From Paraphysomonas bandaiensis (taxonomy: Eukaryota; Protista; Chrysophyceae), in assembly GCA_965644295.1 (NCBI GenBank), contig CBFFRP010000419.1, forward strand, positions 186,001 through 250,000: DNA of 64,000 nucleotides. The letters are read 5' to 3'. The notes beneath the pieces were generated by a model. The model searched no databases and had not been told where the DNA came from. It saw only the letters and a list, made by a program, of their open reading frames with translations. The position numbers were made by a program, and so were the translations under genes. This document shows, one piece after another, positions 1 through 12,686 of this stretch (positions within the stretch are counted from its first letter, which is position 1; each line of letters opens with the position of its first letter).

Positions 1-1070
1 TAGACAATAGGTCTGGTTACTCCATAACGCTTCCGTTAATAACACATTTAACAGGATTTGGCAATACGGTGGAAAGACAAAGCAAGAATTTGTTATATCT
101 ATCATTTCTGCATTTTGGACCACTGAAGCATTGGTATGGTGTCAGTTCAGTCACGTGGATGTAAAATACAAAAGTATGAACAAGGTTTAATAACCGGAAG
201 GGGCCTATGAGTTCCCTATTTATTGCTAGATACATGACGGTTATTGCTCAAGAAGATCTGTGTGTCGAATGCATATCTATGAAGGGTAGCTGTGATAATA
301 TGAATCGGAAGCCTTATTAAACCGAATCAAATGTTTGAATTGTCTGGTCACATTAATTATGATATAACTACCTCATCAAGTAGTTGAGATCTCGTCAGAA
401 ATTATTTACTAATTGCAACTATTAATATCCACTATTTACGTCTACGTCTTAGCCCTATATATTATATATTATATATTTTATAACTATATATATAATATGC
501 ATAAATACTATACAGGTGAATACAACAAGATACAATCAAAAAGTACTGCCTGAATCATCATCAGACTATACAAGATATGCCCTTATGTGATTGGTTTTAA
601 CGTTCATTGCTATTATACTATTAGGTTTTATTCTATGAACGTTTCACTTGTAGTTCTATATTTAATAGCTAACACGAGATATAACTTTCATTAAAAAACA
701 TATCTAACAGTATATCTTAATTGCAACCATAATGACATAATAGCATATTTCATTACGAGTAGATAATAGTACTCTACTAGGTGTGGTGCTGTTCATACCA
801 AAATTCAATGAATTACTACTGCCACGTGTTGACAACATTTTTTCTACGCTAGCAAGCCGTGTGTCTCACGATTAATAACAGTTGCAATAAATACGCTACG
901 TAATGCAGACGTCTGTTGTTAAAACTTGTTAACAACAAATCTATTATTACAGAATCTGACCAGAGTACTATAACATACTACGTTAGCAGCCAGCCAAAAA
1001 GAATCATAACTAGTGGTCCAACGAGAATATATCATAATATATTAATCATGTTATAAATCGCCGAACGAAT

Positions 1071-3266
1071 CTACTGTTTCCCTTCCTCCTTCTTCTTCTC
1101 AGTGTACTCGGCCTCAGTCGCATCCTTATCATCCTTGGGGGCCTCTCCCTCAGCAGAAGCCTCTCCATCTCCACCCTTTTTGTACATGGCCTCACCAATC
1201 TTCATGGAGGCTGCACTTAAAGCAGCAGACTTCTCCTTGATAACTTCTAGGTCAGAGGTACTATCGAGTGCCTTAGCTTCCTCAAGTGCCTTCTCAATCT
1301 CAGCCTTGGTATCAGCATCAACCTTATCTGAGTGTTCTGACAAGTTCTTCCCAACAGAGTGAATGAGGCTACAAACAAATAGTTAAACAAAGAAATATCT
1401 CCATTTACTTCACACATACCTGTCGAGTTCATTTCTGGCCTCGACCGACTCTCTTCTCTTCTGATCTGCTGCCTGGTTGGCCTCGGCGTCCTTGATCATG
1501 TCTTCAATAGCAGACTCCGAGAGACCACCACTGCTCTGGATGACAATGCGTTGCTCTTTGTTGGTAGCCTTGTCTTTGGCACTGACATGGAGAATACCAT
1601 CGGCATCAATGTCGAAAGACACTTCAATCTGTGGCATACCGCGGGGGGCAGGAGGGATACCTAGTCGACAAATTAAAACATATACTCTATTCAAAACAAT
1701 CTACTCACCAACAAGCTCAAATTCGCCAAGCTTCTTATTATCAGCGGCCATCTCTCTCTCTCCCTGCAGAACGGTAATCTGGACCTGGGTCTGGCTGTCA
1801 GCAGCAGTGGAGAAAGTCTGAGTCTTCTTGGTGGGAATGGTAGTGTTACGGTTAATTAAGCGAGTGAAGACGCCTCCAAGAGTTTCAAGGCCGAGAGAAA
1901 GTGGGGTAACATCAAGGAGAAGGATGTCCTTGACATCTCCGCGGAGGACACCACCCTGGATAGCAGCTCCCATAGCAACAACCTCATCAGGGTTAACTCC
2001 CTTAGAGGGTTTGCGGCCAAAGAACTGCTCCACAGTTTCTTGTACCTTAGGCATGCGAGTCATACCACCTACAAGTAGAACCTCTCCGAGCTCATCCTTC
2101 TTTACGCCAGAGTCCTTCAAACAGTTCTTGCAAGGACCAACAGTCTTCTGAACCAAGTGGTCTACAAGAGATTCAAATTTGGCCTTTGTGAGGCGAACGT
2201 TCATATGCTTGGGGCCAGTGGCATCGGCAGTGATGAAGGGAAGAGAAACCTCAGTTGCTGCAAGTCCATCAAGTTCTCTCTTAGCCTTCTCAGCAGCCTC
2301 ACGAAGGCGCTGCATAGCGAGGGCATCATTGCTAAGATCAAGTCCAGTATCACGCCTGAAAATAATTAGAATTATGATATCGATATAAACAAATAAAAAC
2401 AACTTACTTGAACTCAGACAGCAGATGCTGGAGAAGAACTTCATCGAAATCCTCTCCTCCGAGGAGTGTATCACCATTGGTGGCCTTAACCTCGAAAACA
2501 CCCCCATTGATCTCCAAAATGGAAATATCAAAAGTTCCTCCTCCAAGATCGAAAACAGCAATGACCTTGCCGTCAGCCTTATCGAGTCCATACGCGAGGG
2601 CAGCAGCAGTGGGCTCGTTGATGATACGCATCACTTCGAGACCAGCAATCTTACCGGCATCCTTAGTGGCCTGTCTCTGGGAATCATTGAAGTAGGCAGG
2701 CACAGTGATGACGGCCTTGGAAACAGGGCGTCCAAGGAAGCCTTCAGCAGTCTCCTTCATCTTTCCCAGGACCATGGAACCGATCTGGGAAGGGGAGTAC
2801 TTGTTGCCCTGGCTCTCGACCCAGCAATCGGAGCTACTATCGGCTTTCACTAACTTGTAAGGAACTAACTTCTGAATGTCTTTGACAATAGGATCGTCAA
2901 AAGAACGACCAATAAGTCTCTTGACGGCATATAATGTGTTGGTGGGGTTGGTAACGGCTTGGCGACGGGCAGCGAGACCGACAAGACGCTGACCATCATT
3001 GGTGAATGCAACTACGGAAGGAGTGGTTCTAGCTCCCTCTGCATTCTCAATAACTCTCGCCGACTTGCCCTCCATAACAGAGACACATGAGTTTGTGGTA
3101 CCTAAATCAATTCCTATAATATCGCCAGCATCAGCTGCAGAGACGACAGATGACCTGGTGTATGACCGGGTGGCAAACCCCTGCATAAATATCGCTTAGA
3201 CAACTCCATCAGAGGCATCCAACACACTCATACCTTTGGAAATCTCGAGATAGTTCTGGATAACAT
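1071..3266 (-). CDS. HSPA9: Mitochondrial Hsp70 (mortalin/Ssc1-like), 5 exons
   Basis: ATG at 3266 gives the presequence-like [11 protein letters not shown]|GFATRSY. Hsp70 motifs [33 protein letters not shown] are present, plus mitochondrial/alphaproteobacterial-type DCWVE and YSPSQIG; there is no C-terminal EEVD. GT-AG introns at about 3181-3233, 2358-2408, 1662-1707 and 1369-1419. Confidence 0.95.
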
Positions 3267-3717
3267 GTTTATAACACTAAACGATGATGCTAGACAATAG
3301 AATGATGCAATTGTGGAATAGAACACTACTGTGCAATGATGCCATAAAATTTAATGGTCATAAACAGCTGAACTGTCTACCATATACAGTCATATACGCT
3401 GGTATACGGCGGTATATACATAGAAGGAGATTGTCACACATGTCTTCGCTGACAATCTAGAACAAGTACACAGTGTATTCTCCTGTATTCTTGAAGATGT
3501 GATATTTTTCTTGGAAATTTCTGCTCGTTGTACTGGGAGAGGATTAGAATACAGTGGTATACGGTGGTATACAGCGGGACGGTTAGTGTGTGGTGGTGTG
3601 TGGAGATGGACAGAGAGCTCATCTAGTTATGAGCTCTATACACACTGATCTTTGCATCTATATAGACATTTCAAGCTAGTCAAACTCCTACACTTTCTCA
3701 GTTAACAAGAAATCATA

Positions 3718-4523
3718 ATGGACAACGTAGCAGAGCAAGCAGATTTGGAATTTATTGCATCCACCGTTCCATACTACCCGTTTCATGGAGTTCCTCGGTT
3801 CTACGATATATCTGGTATGTTAGCTAATCCAGATGCTTTCCAGGTGTGTGAGCTAATTATTAGAAATTTTATATTCTCACATACTCTTAGCGCTGCATCG
3901 ATATATTTGTTAAGAAATACAAGGATCTTCAAGTTGATTTCATTGCTGGATTAGATGCCAGAGGATTCATCTATGGCCCACCTCTTGCTCTTGCCCTGAA
4001 GAAACCGTTCGTTATGATTAGAAAAGCTGGTAAACTTCCTAATGCAACTACTGGTGCAGAGTACTTTAAAGAGTACAAGGGTGCCAGTGCAACTGGTGGG
4101 GATACTCTCTGCATGCCTCGCAATGTTGTTGCCCCAGGCTCCCGTATTCTTGTTATTGACGATCTTATGGCCACTGGGGTAAGTAGTAATGATCTGATTT
4201 TGAATGAACTCACGGTTTTGTAGGGCACTCTTATTGCAGCCTGTGATTTATTGACCTCTGTTGGTGCTGAGGTTTGGATAGTAAGATGTCTCACCTAATG
4301 AAATGTAATACTCGTGGTCTGTAGATTGTTGAATGTGCTGTTATTGTTGAGCTGAAGGCCCTTGGTGGTGTGGACAAACTCAAGGCGAAGCATCCTACTG
4401 CCAACGTATGTACATTGCTTATTGTATATGTATATCGTGCTCAATATGCACTGACAGGTATGGAGTCTTTTGGATGAGAGTATGCTCCAGCTGGAGGGTG
4501 TTGTAGAGGAAGATAGAGCTTAG
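3718..4523 (+). CDS. APRT: Adenine phosphoribosyltransferase, 5 exons
   Basis: Motifs FYDISGML, GLDARGF, IRKAGKLP and the PRPP-binding VIDDLMATG|GT. Introns at about 3844-3890, 4179-4223, 4272-4324 and 4406-4457; stop TAG at 4521-4523. Confidence 0.93.
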
Positions 4524-4928
4524 ATGTTGTCTTTCGTCTTGTCCTTCAGCCTGCGAGTAACTATGTATGATTGATGAGGCAGCTTCATTTCAGTAGTGCT
4601 TGATGAAGTAGCTGTACGTTCTTTACTCTAGTAACGCTGAAAATGGGAACAGGATATGGATTGTTGTGAGTGGAAGTTCATGAGATAATCAAATAACAAT
4701 TAGTGCATTCTGCAGTTTTCGTGTACTTGAGGGATGGATATTGGATATTAGTGACGCCTTTGTATTCCTTTGTTCTATACACATCTGAGATGTTGATACT
4801 AGATAGTAGATAACCACTTCATACTGCCCAGTAACTCTAATAATACTTAAAAGCTACATATCACAACTCATTATTACACTTCAATCCGCACGACTAACTA
4901 TGTTTGTTCTTTCGATATTTCTGCCGTA

Positions 4929-6193
4929 CTACGTGCTATTGATAATGGTATCAACTGCTTTCACAACAGCTTTCTCATCTCTATAAGATGCACATGACAT
5001 ATGTGCCTTCAGCTCTAATGCTTCGGTAAGGGCTCGTTCCCACATTCCACTCGAGTACTCCGTAGCTGTCATCTCTATGCATGCATTTCGTTCGGTCATA
5101 TACAACTGCAAGTATTTTTCTTCCGGCCAACAGGAACGACTCACATATACCAACGGTGTACCGTTAGAGAGGCACTCACTCATAAAGCCATATCCAAGCT
5201 TCCCAAGAGCAACATCCGCAATTGAGATTAGATCGGGAACTACGCAGTCAAACCCTATTGATTTAAACCGCGAGGATGGCATATCAGTCTCAGTGGCACC
5301 GAGAACAAGACAAACCCAGCCGGATGGAAGGTAGCTGTCCTTTAGACTCCATTGAGCTGTATGACCTCCGAACCCAAGAAGGAGCACCTTGGAGGAACTA
5401 TCCAGGCCAAGTGCACTCCGTGTGCTACGTGCTTGGCATTCAGATATTCCGGCAATTAAAGGTCCGATAACTAGCCTGCTAGAATTAAAACCGTTGGGTA
5501 GAGGGGTGGCGCCAGGGAGTTGAATATACATGTCAGCACAGGAGTAATCCGCTGCACAGCATTCAATCATATTGGCGTATTTCTCGATTGTAGAAGTATC
5601 CAGACTACCCTTAACTTCCTCTAGCATCTCCAAATAACAGAAATCCCACGTGAAGTTTGATAAAATACAGACTTTACAGCCAGCAATATTCCCTGCTCTG
5701 CAAGCTATTGGCGTCGCATCAGATATGACAATTTCGCACCCAATCTCTTTAAGAAAATTCACTTCGGCATTAAGTAAATCAGAGTGCTGTATGTGTACAC
5801 TGTCGTAATATCGTTGAAGAGTGGCGACACCGTCAATACACAAGGGGCCGTTTTGTACAGCTCCCCCATCAAGTACTCTGTGATGTACAGTGAATCTTCC
5901 GTTACATATTCCGCTCATAGCATCTATGAATATATTGGAGTCAAGAGATGACACTGTATCCACAGTATACCCCTCATGGAGCAAGTGTCTCAGTGTATGT
6001 ACTGCCCGTGTAGCATGACCTATCGATACATATGAGCTCTTCACTGTCAGAGTGTAGCTGTATAATGGCGTTTACGTATATATCTATCTATATGTATGTA
6101 TGTATGTATGTGTATGTATGTATAGTGCACACACGCATGGAGCATATACACACCTAGCCCGTGACCGGTTACGTAATAGCACACCCTTGGCAT
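4929..6193 (-). CDS. GT-B glycosyltransferase-like protein matching the N-terminal domain of plant L-arabinokinase (ARA1), with no kinase domain
   Basis: Splicing out intron 6020-6153 gives MPRVCYYVTGHGLG|HATR. Further motifs ISDATP, SNFTWDF, LLLGFGG, PDLI..ADVALGKLGYG..SECL and YVSRSCWPEE match the ARA1 N-terminal domain. Confidence 0.8.
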
Positions 6194-7530
6194 GGGGAGT
6201 GGATTGAAGGTGAAGCGGTGCTCTGTTAGATAACTTGACGTGATGATGTGCTGATGATAATATATACACACATATATGCAACTCACCTCCTCTGTACATA
6301 TGCATCTCTCTATACGTATATGTATACACTATAGGAGCAAGCAATGTATTCTGCGCGGTATACCGGTATACGTGTACAGTAGCAGCAGTTGGACACCCTC
6401 CTGATCACACTCTGTCCATCATGATTGCAGTATCATCATTGCATTGCTACGATCAACGAGTAACTGCACTGCAATGATGGTGTAAATGGTGGTCGTGTTC
6501 TATGCGATAAGCAGCTTATCCTGAGGATATACAAGATATGATGCTTCAATCTGTAGCGTTAACAGGAGCATAGAACAGTATTAAGTGTGACTAGTTTTTG
6601 GCTGAATGGGTGATATGTCACCACCGTAGTGGAGTATTTGCACCGGAGTTAGAAATTTAAGAGATTGCGAGCAGTTCAATCAAGATTTCTACCCCGAAAT
6701 CTTTGACTCATTCGGTCACAGGATGCGCAGTTGCTGTGCACATCGATGCAACTAATTATCACATGTATTATCATATCATTGCTGTATGCCCTAACCAATG
6801 ATTCGCAATTCCGTGAAGAAAGAGCCACGCGTATTTGCATATATACACTAAGTAAAGAAATTGCAGATAGATTGAAGAAGTATTTTATTTTTCCCTATCG
6901 AGGCTCGTTTTATGGCGAGGCCGTCCCTGACCATATCAACCATCAAACCAAATATTGCTCGTATTGAAGTTGCCAATGTGCCTACGGAAGCCAGAGATAA
7001 GCTAGGTGTTAAGTAATAAGTAATATAATAAAAGAGTATATATATAAAACATAAAGTATAAAGTACTTGGTGTTTATATGATGCTGTACGCCCTATCATG
7101 AGGACCAAATATCCTTTCTTTCTTAAGTTTCTATGATAAACCTATGTAGAAATTAGATTCAATGCAGATATTCCTTCTAAATATAGTGACGTATTAAATG
7201 CTGAGGATTAAAATTGCCAACGGAATAGTTGTTTTAAGGAAATAAAGTGCTTGTCATGTGCATATTATGAATTATTGATATGCGGAAGTACCTATTTTCT
7301 ACATTGATAATTATTGTTCTATGACTACAAGAGTTGGCGCAAAATAATATAACCATTAATTAAGTACTTCGTGCATTTATATTGTATGAGCCACGCATGA
7401 TACATATTGAATGCTTCATGCAGTATGTATTGGCCACACTATCTACAGAACCGGTGTGGTAGAACCACACTTCACTGTACAAGATGTATAACTGACGACT
7501 AAAAATATTATATGAAGCCAATACCATATA

Positions 7531-7824
7531 TCAAGATTTAGAGTCCGCCTCAGTTAATGCTTCTTTGCGTGCTTTGTTTCTTCGGGCTAATAACCGCAGA
7601 GCTTTGGCTTTCTCTGACTCAGGCATATCTGCCCAATTGGGAATTCTAGACATCGTTCCGTCACTATTAAGAATGATTGGGCCTAGCTTGTCAAATTTAA
7701 TTGATCCATCTGATGATTCTGTAGCATCATCAGTCAAATTCTGTTGATTTCCATTGTCATGAGGGGCATCTTCCAATAAAGGGACATCGCTCGCATTGGT
7801 TGGCTCAGTAGACTCGCTTTCCAT
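7531..7824 (-). CDS. Small conserved hypothetical protein (97 aa), family often labelled 'fungal specific transcription factor'-like
   Basis: Intronless ORF with the recognisable motif LGPIILNSDGTMSRIPNW..M.E.E...ALRLLARRN..R. Confidence 0.7.
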   Translation of the reverse strand: MESESTEPTNASDVPLLEDAPHDNGNQQNLTDDATESSDGSIKFDKLGPIILNSDGTMSRIPNWADMPESEKAKALRLLARRNKARKEALTEADSKS

Positions 7825-9104
7825 TAATTAAACTCGCTATAAACTTGTTTGGATATTAAGATAGTGCTGAGGTATGAGAGAATGACTCAGATACGTGAGT
7901 TGATCAATGGTGAGTGGAGTATGAGGGGAATTGACTGTCTTCTCTGTTAATATATCAAGCCACTGATAGTTGTGCGTGTTTTTCCATATGATACGAGCAC
8001 TGTATCAGTGTATACCAGGATATACAGTCCTTCTCGAACCTGATGTGTGTCGAACATCTATACTTGCTCTAATTTACAACAAAATACACAATTTTATGCA
8101 AAAAAATATATTTTTTATTAAAAATACTCTATTTTATACCACGAAATACTCTACTTTCCGAAAAATACTCGCGGGCCCGAGATCCTGCAACAAGAACGCA
8201 TCATTGCCCTCATAACTTCCATCAGACCAGACCTGTGCATTGCTATTGCACATCTGGGCTCAACACTACAATGATCACCAGTACTCTGTTGTGACGATGT
8301 ATCCTTATCACATGAACAATTGATGCGCAATGTGCTGTGCAAAGATTAGCAATACAACACTAGATATATATGGACAGATTGGCATCATCTTCATGTAGTA
8401 TTGTACAAAGGAGTCGAATCTGCAAATGACATCTAAATCTTTTAATTATTATTCATCTCAATTCTCGAGCATGGCACTGTATATATATTCCGATGTATTT
8501 AGTTTGCTGTTGTATCTTATTAGGGACTCGAATAGATTCATTGAAATAAAATACCAAAATTAAATAGCAGTGGCTAGAATATGTACACATTGGTGTTGGT
8601 GGGTGTTACTCTTCCCTGATTTGTGGGCGTCAATTCATTTGTATTCCATTACTATGCCCTATACTTCAGTATTAAATTTACAGAGCTTTAAAGTACTATG
8701 TCTATATACTACTGTTTTTCATATTACCCTTCGTTCTTCATAAATAATACAGCTCAATGTTGGAGTGCCATACGTGTTTTAACATTAAACGCTTCTGTCA
8801 TAACAATTACAGTAACACCAAGAAGATGTAGTACAGTGGCACCGACAGAATACTAAATTTTCTCTTCAACCTTCCCCTTCTTTCAGTTAGTATCGCAGAA
8901 GTACTACGATGTTATGTATCATATTGAATGATGTACACGCATGTAGCATTTTGTCAGAATTGTATGGGAGTTGTAATCGTATTATGTGTATTCTATTTTA
9001 GGTACAATATGTCATAGTCACATTCAAATATAAACATATTGAACCTAATATAGTTTACGGCAATTACAATGAAATGACGAGATATCATTGCATGGAATAA
9101 GGCT

Positions 9105-9310
9105 AGTGAAAGTCTTATTATTTAGCAATAGGCGTTAAGAACTTGCACCAATATAGTGGCTAGTTGAATGCTAGACATACTAGTTAGACCTCTAACCCTA
9201 ACCCTAATCGAATAGTTTGGGCCATAACTAATCAGCACAAATTTTATTATCCTACTATTTAGCGCTACAGAAGCTGCTTGTGCGTCGCCGCAAGCACCAA
9301 GGTGCGACCA
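9105..9310. repeat. Dispersed repeat family B, copy 1
   Basis: AAGTCTT.TTATTTAGCAATAGGCGTTAA...TGCACCAAT recurs at about 48280-48335. TTATCCTACTATTTT.GCGC recurs inverted at about 42453-42471, and AAGCACCAAGGTGC recurs inverted at about 60510-60525. Confidence 0.7.
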
Positions 9311-9574
9311 CTTCCGTTCTTAGTGTTGTTTGTGAGATTCGCCCTGCTCGTGTGGCTTAGGACTCACTGGCGCGTGTTGTCCGGGGGTCTCCCCTTGGGA
9401 TAAGGTTCCACCAGGTTCTGAGGTACAGGGTTCTGCATTAGGGTCCTGGGTCCTGAGTGTACCGAGCACTAGATGTGTGTGCTGAGAGGTGGATGGTGTG
9501 ATGGAATAAGGCTGGTACATTGATATGGAATTCCTTCAGCCTAGGGATAATAGATAATAAGTATTAATAAGGAG

Positions 9575-9700
9575 CAGGGATGCGTATCAATTAATTGTCA
9601 ATTTATTGACGCAGGTTGTAGCCAATTATATTTGCAATTATTACCTGCTGTCTCAAATTCAATTATTGCAATTAATTGAAATTATTTAGTACTAAACTAC
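9575..9700 (+). mobile_element. hAT-like element end (family A), starting CAGGGATGCGTA
   Basis: About 125 bp of similarity to 42350-42450 (same strand) and 60367-60472 (inverted). The start resembles the TIR of the 37892-38525 element. Confidence 0.65.
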
Positions 9701-10250
9701 ATTACCAGCAGATATAGCTACTTCAACTGCCATATCAATCCTGAGGTGACGGTTCATGCGTAATAACAGAAGTAATTCTAAATGCAAGTCAGTCACAACA
9801 ATCTTAGCTCTTAGCTCTACTGAACAACTTTCAACCGTATTGGTTGTGCTTCATGCTTCATAATTCTAATTACTCGTAAATAGAAATGAGCAATGCGTTG
9901 ATAAAAGAGTTTTTTAATTCATAGGTGCTATCAGCCAGAGGTATCAGATCGTCAACCTACAAAAATAGTTATGTATTTCTATTTTCTATTCATAATTCAT
10001 ACCTACAAGATATTAGATAAAACTTTATTCTTTGCGCTGTGGAGTGATTATTAGTGCCTAGTTTTGTGGCGCTTGCGGTGGTGTACACTATTTTAAATGA
10101 TAATATGTGATAAATTCACAACTAACGCAGCCGTTATTAATAAGGGGGTGTTGATAATACTTGGAGAATATAATTATAAAGCAATCTCAGTTAACAGGTG
10201 GCATACGCGACCATGGCGGTATCGAATTTGCTTTTCATGCATGTTTATTT

Positions 10251-12088
10251 CTATGCAGCGATAGGGTTGGCAGAACAAAAGATCTTAAACGCAGAGTCAG
10301 CAAAATCATCATCATCGTCGTCATCATCGTCGTCGTCATCATCGTCGTCGTCACCATCATCGTCACCAGGATTTTGGGGAGCACCGTACCAACCGTCATA
10401 TGTGCTCCCGCAAGCAGCACATGGCATCTCACAGTCGCTGCTGCTGAGGGGATTTGTGGCCGTTCCTTTCTCGACACAGTATCCCGTACAATCGTCGTAC
10501 ACGACGTCAATCTCGTAACCCTCATTGCATGTAATACAATCAGAACTTGAACCAATATTTGCACCATCCGAATTATATCCGCAAGAGGCACAGGCACCTT
10601 CGCCTTGATAACACGATGTGCCTTCCAGCGACTCGGTTGCGCACGATGCCTCACATGTGGTTGTCTCTTGTTGGTCATGGTATGGCCAACCGCACTGAGC
10701 GCATGGATACACGCAATCGCTTTGAGCAATAGTGTTTGTTGCAGTTCCTTCTGGAACACAATACCCAGTACAGTCGCCATATACAACGTCGATCTCGAAC
10801 CCATCTGGACAGGAAATACAATCGGCACTGCCTGAGACAGCAACGGCGTCTACACAAATAGAACATTACTTGTACATGAGAAAAGCAGAAAAAGCTTACC
10901 ATCGTTAAATCCGCAGCGTGTGCATGCGCCATAAGTAGAGTCACCGTTAAAGCAAGTTGACGAATGAGAGTACTTATCGCAGTCAGAGCATGAATTATCA
11001 GCAGGGTCATCACTTTCCCTATCATCGTCACCATCATCATCCATAAAACACTTATCCGTTGGGATAATAAACGAACTATAAAAATGTATTAAAAATGAAC
11101 ACAGATAAGTTGAAAACATACTAGGCTTCATTAGTGCAGGAGGAATCATAGTATCCCGTTTGCTCCACATCTAAACAAAGTTACAAGTCACTCTGATATG
11201 AAAATCGCACATGTACACTTACAGTCGTCACAATCAGATGCGTCCAAATAGATTGATTCATAGTCAGAAAAGGAAATGCAGGTGTTAGGTGCTAAAGAGT
11301 TATAGGAGAAGTACTGGGTGTTGTCACATTGGCTACCCGGATTAGAGTCAGTAAAGTAGACTAAACCATCATCGGATTTAGATGGATACGTGGTGAGGTA
11401 CTCAACTTTATAGGAAAAGCCAGTATAAGGGAAAAATGAGTTAAAGCATTCGTCCCAATAATCAAAGTAGAGTTCGTTTTCTACCAGGTCAGTCACGCGA
11501 GTAGGGATGCCGCGGCAGTCGTGACCATCGTAGTCCAGCTGTACAAGCACCTAGATGAATACCACAATGACACACGTCACATTCATCATACTCTGTAATA
11601 TATAATATTACCTTGTCCTTCTTTGCTGTCTTCATGAGGTAAGAAGTGCCATCCTTCAGATTGAAGCAATGATTGACTAAGCTTCCAAAGCCTAAATATT
11701 TGGTCGAACACGAGGAATCGCTGTAAAACGAATACCCAACAAAGTTATCTCTAACTCTGAGTCCACGAAGAGATGAAGATTGTTCATCAAAATCAGTTGT
11801 CTCAAGTAGAGAACGAGAGTCGGATTTGGTATGATGGTTTGCCTTAATATGTTTGGCTTTATGAACCTTCTCACTGAATGGTGCGACACGATCACGAATA
11901 GATTTCATTACATGAGTATCTTTAATTGATTTTTTATTCTTTGTAATTTTATTCAAACCATTTGCGCGTGTTTTTAATACATGGTTTGATGGGGTGTGGT
12001 GAGTGGCGGGGTGCTTGGATTCAATCTCATTATGAGAGGCCGATATAGTGGCTAGAAGAGAGAATGTTAAGAGGGATTTGTATATCAT
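10251..12088 (-). CDS. Secreted cysteine-rich protein with poly-Asp tracts, about 5 exons
   Basis: Signal peptide MIYKSLLTFSLLATISA, then a basic His/Lys-rich segment, Cys-rich exons (CxxC repeats) joined by short GT-AG introns, and a poly-Asp run before the stop at 10251. Confidence 0.7.
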
Positions 12089-12686
12089 ATCACTGAGTGG
12101 GTAGGAAGTAATATGGAGGAGTGTGGGTTGGTTAAACTATAACTATGATATGAGTGTACATACAGACCAGTACAGTACACAGCCATCACTATAGTTGGAC
12201 ACGTACAACTCCTGCTGTGTCATGATGCGCACGAGATATCGATGAAGGGTATCTTGTTCCCTTATGAAGAACTTCATATAGCGAGTATCCTAAAGAAGTT
12301 CTTTCAGTTTCATTTCTTTGAAGAGAAAATTCTGACTGATAGAGTCGGTTGATCCCATTTTAATCATTATCAGGCGGTTTGTCCCAATTAATACGAAGTG
12401 GATTCTGATACTGTACAAGAAAGAAACTGTAGAAGTGTGTACATACATACAGCAGCAGTATACGCAAGATGTATGCCTGTACAGTACATACATGTATGTA
12501 TATATACGTACATACTAACTGAAACATTTCGATTAATACTCTCAGTGTTCACCTACCTGTACAGTGTTCCTCTACCTGCCTGCCTCTATATACAGACATT
12601 ACGCCTCTAGTTGTCACACTCATGCAGTGGTTGTATATATATATCCACGTTAACCACACTGTAAACTAACTCCTCAGTGTTATCCC

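Noticed and set aside
1102-3199. Long plus-strand ORFs antisense to Hsp70
   Set aside because: Antisense ORFs over hsp70/dnaK are a well-known codon-bias artefact.
9192-9207. Telomere-like (CCCTAA) repeat
   Set aside because: Fewer than three units and embedded in a dispersed repeat, so too short to call an interstitial telomere.
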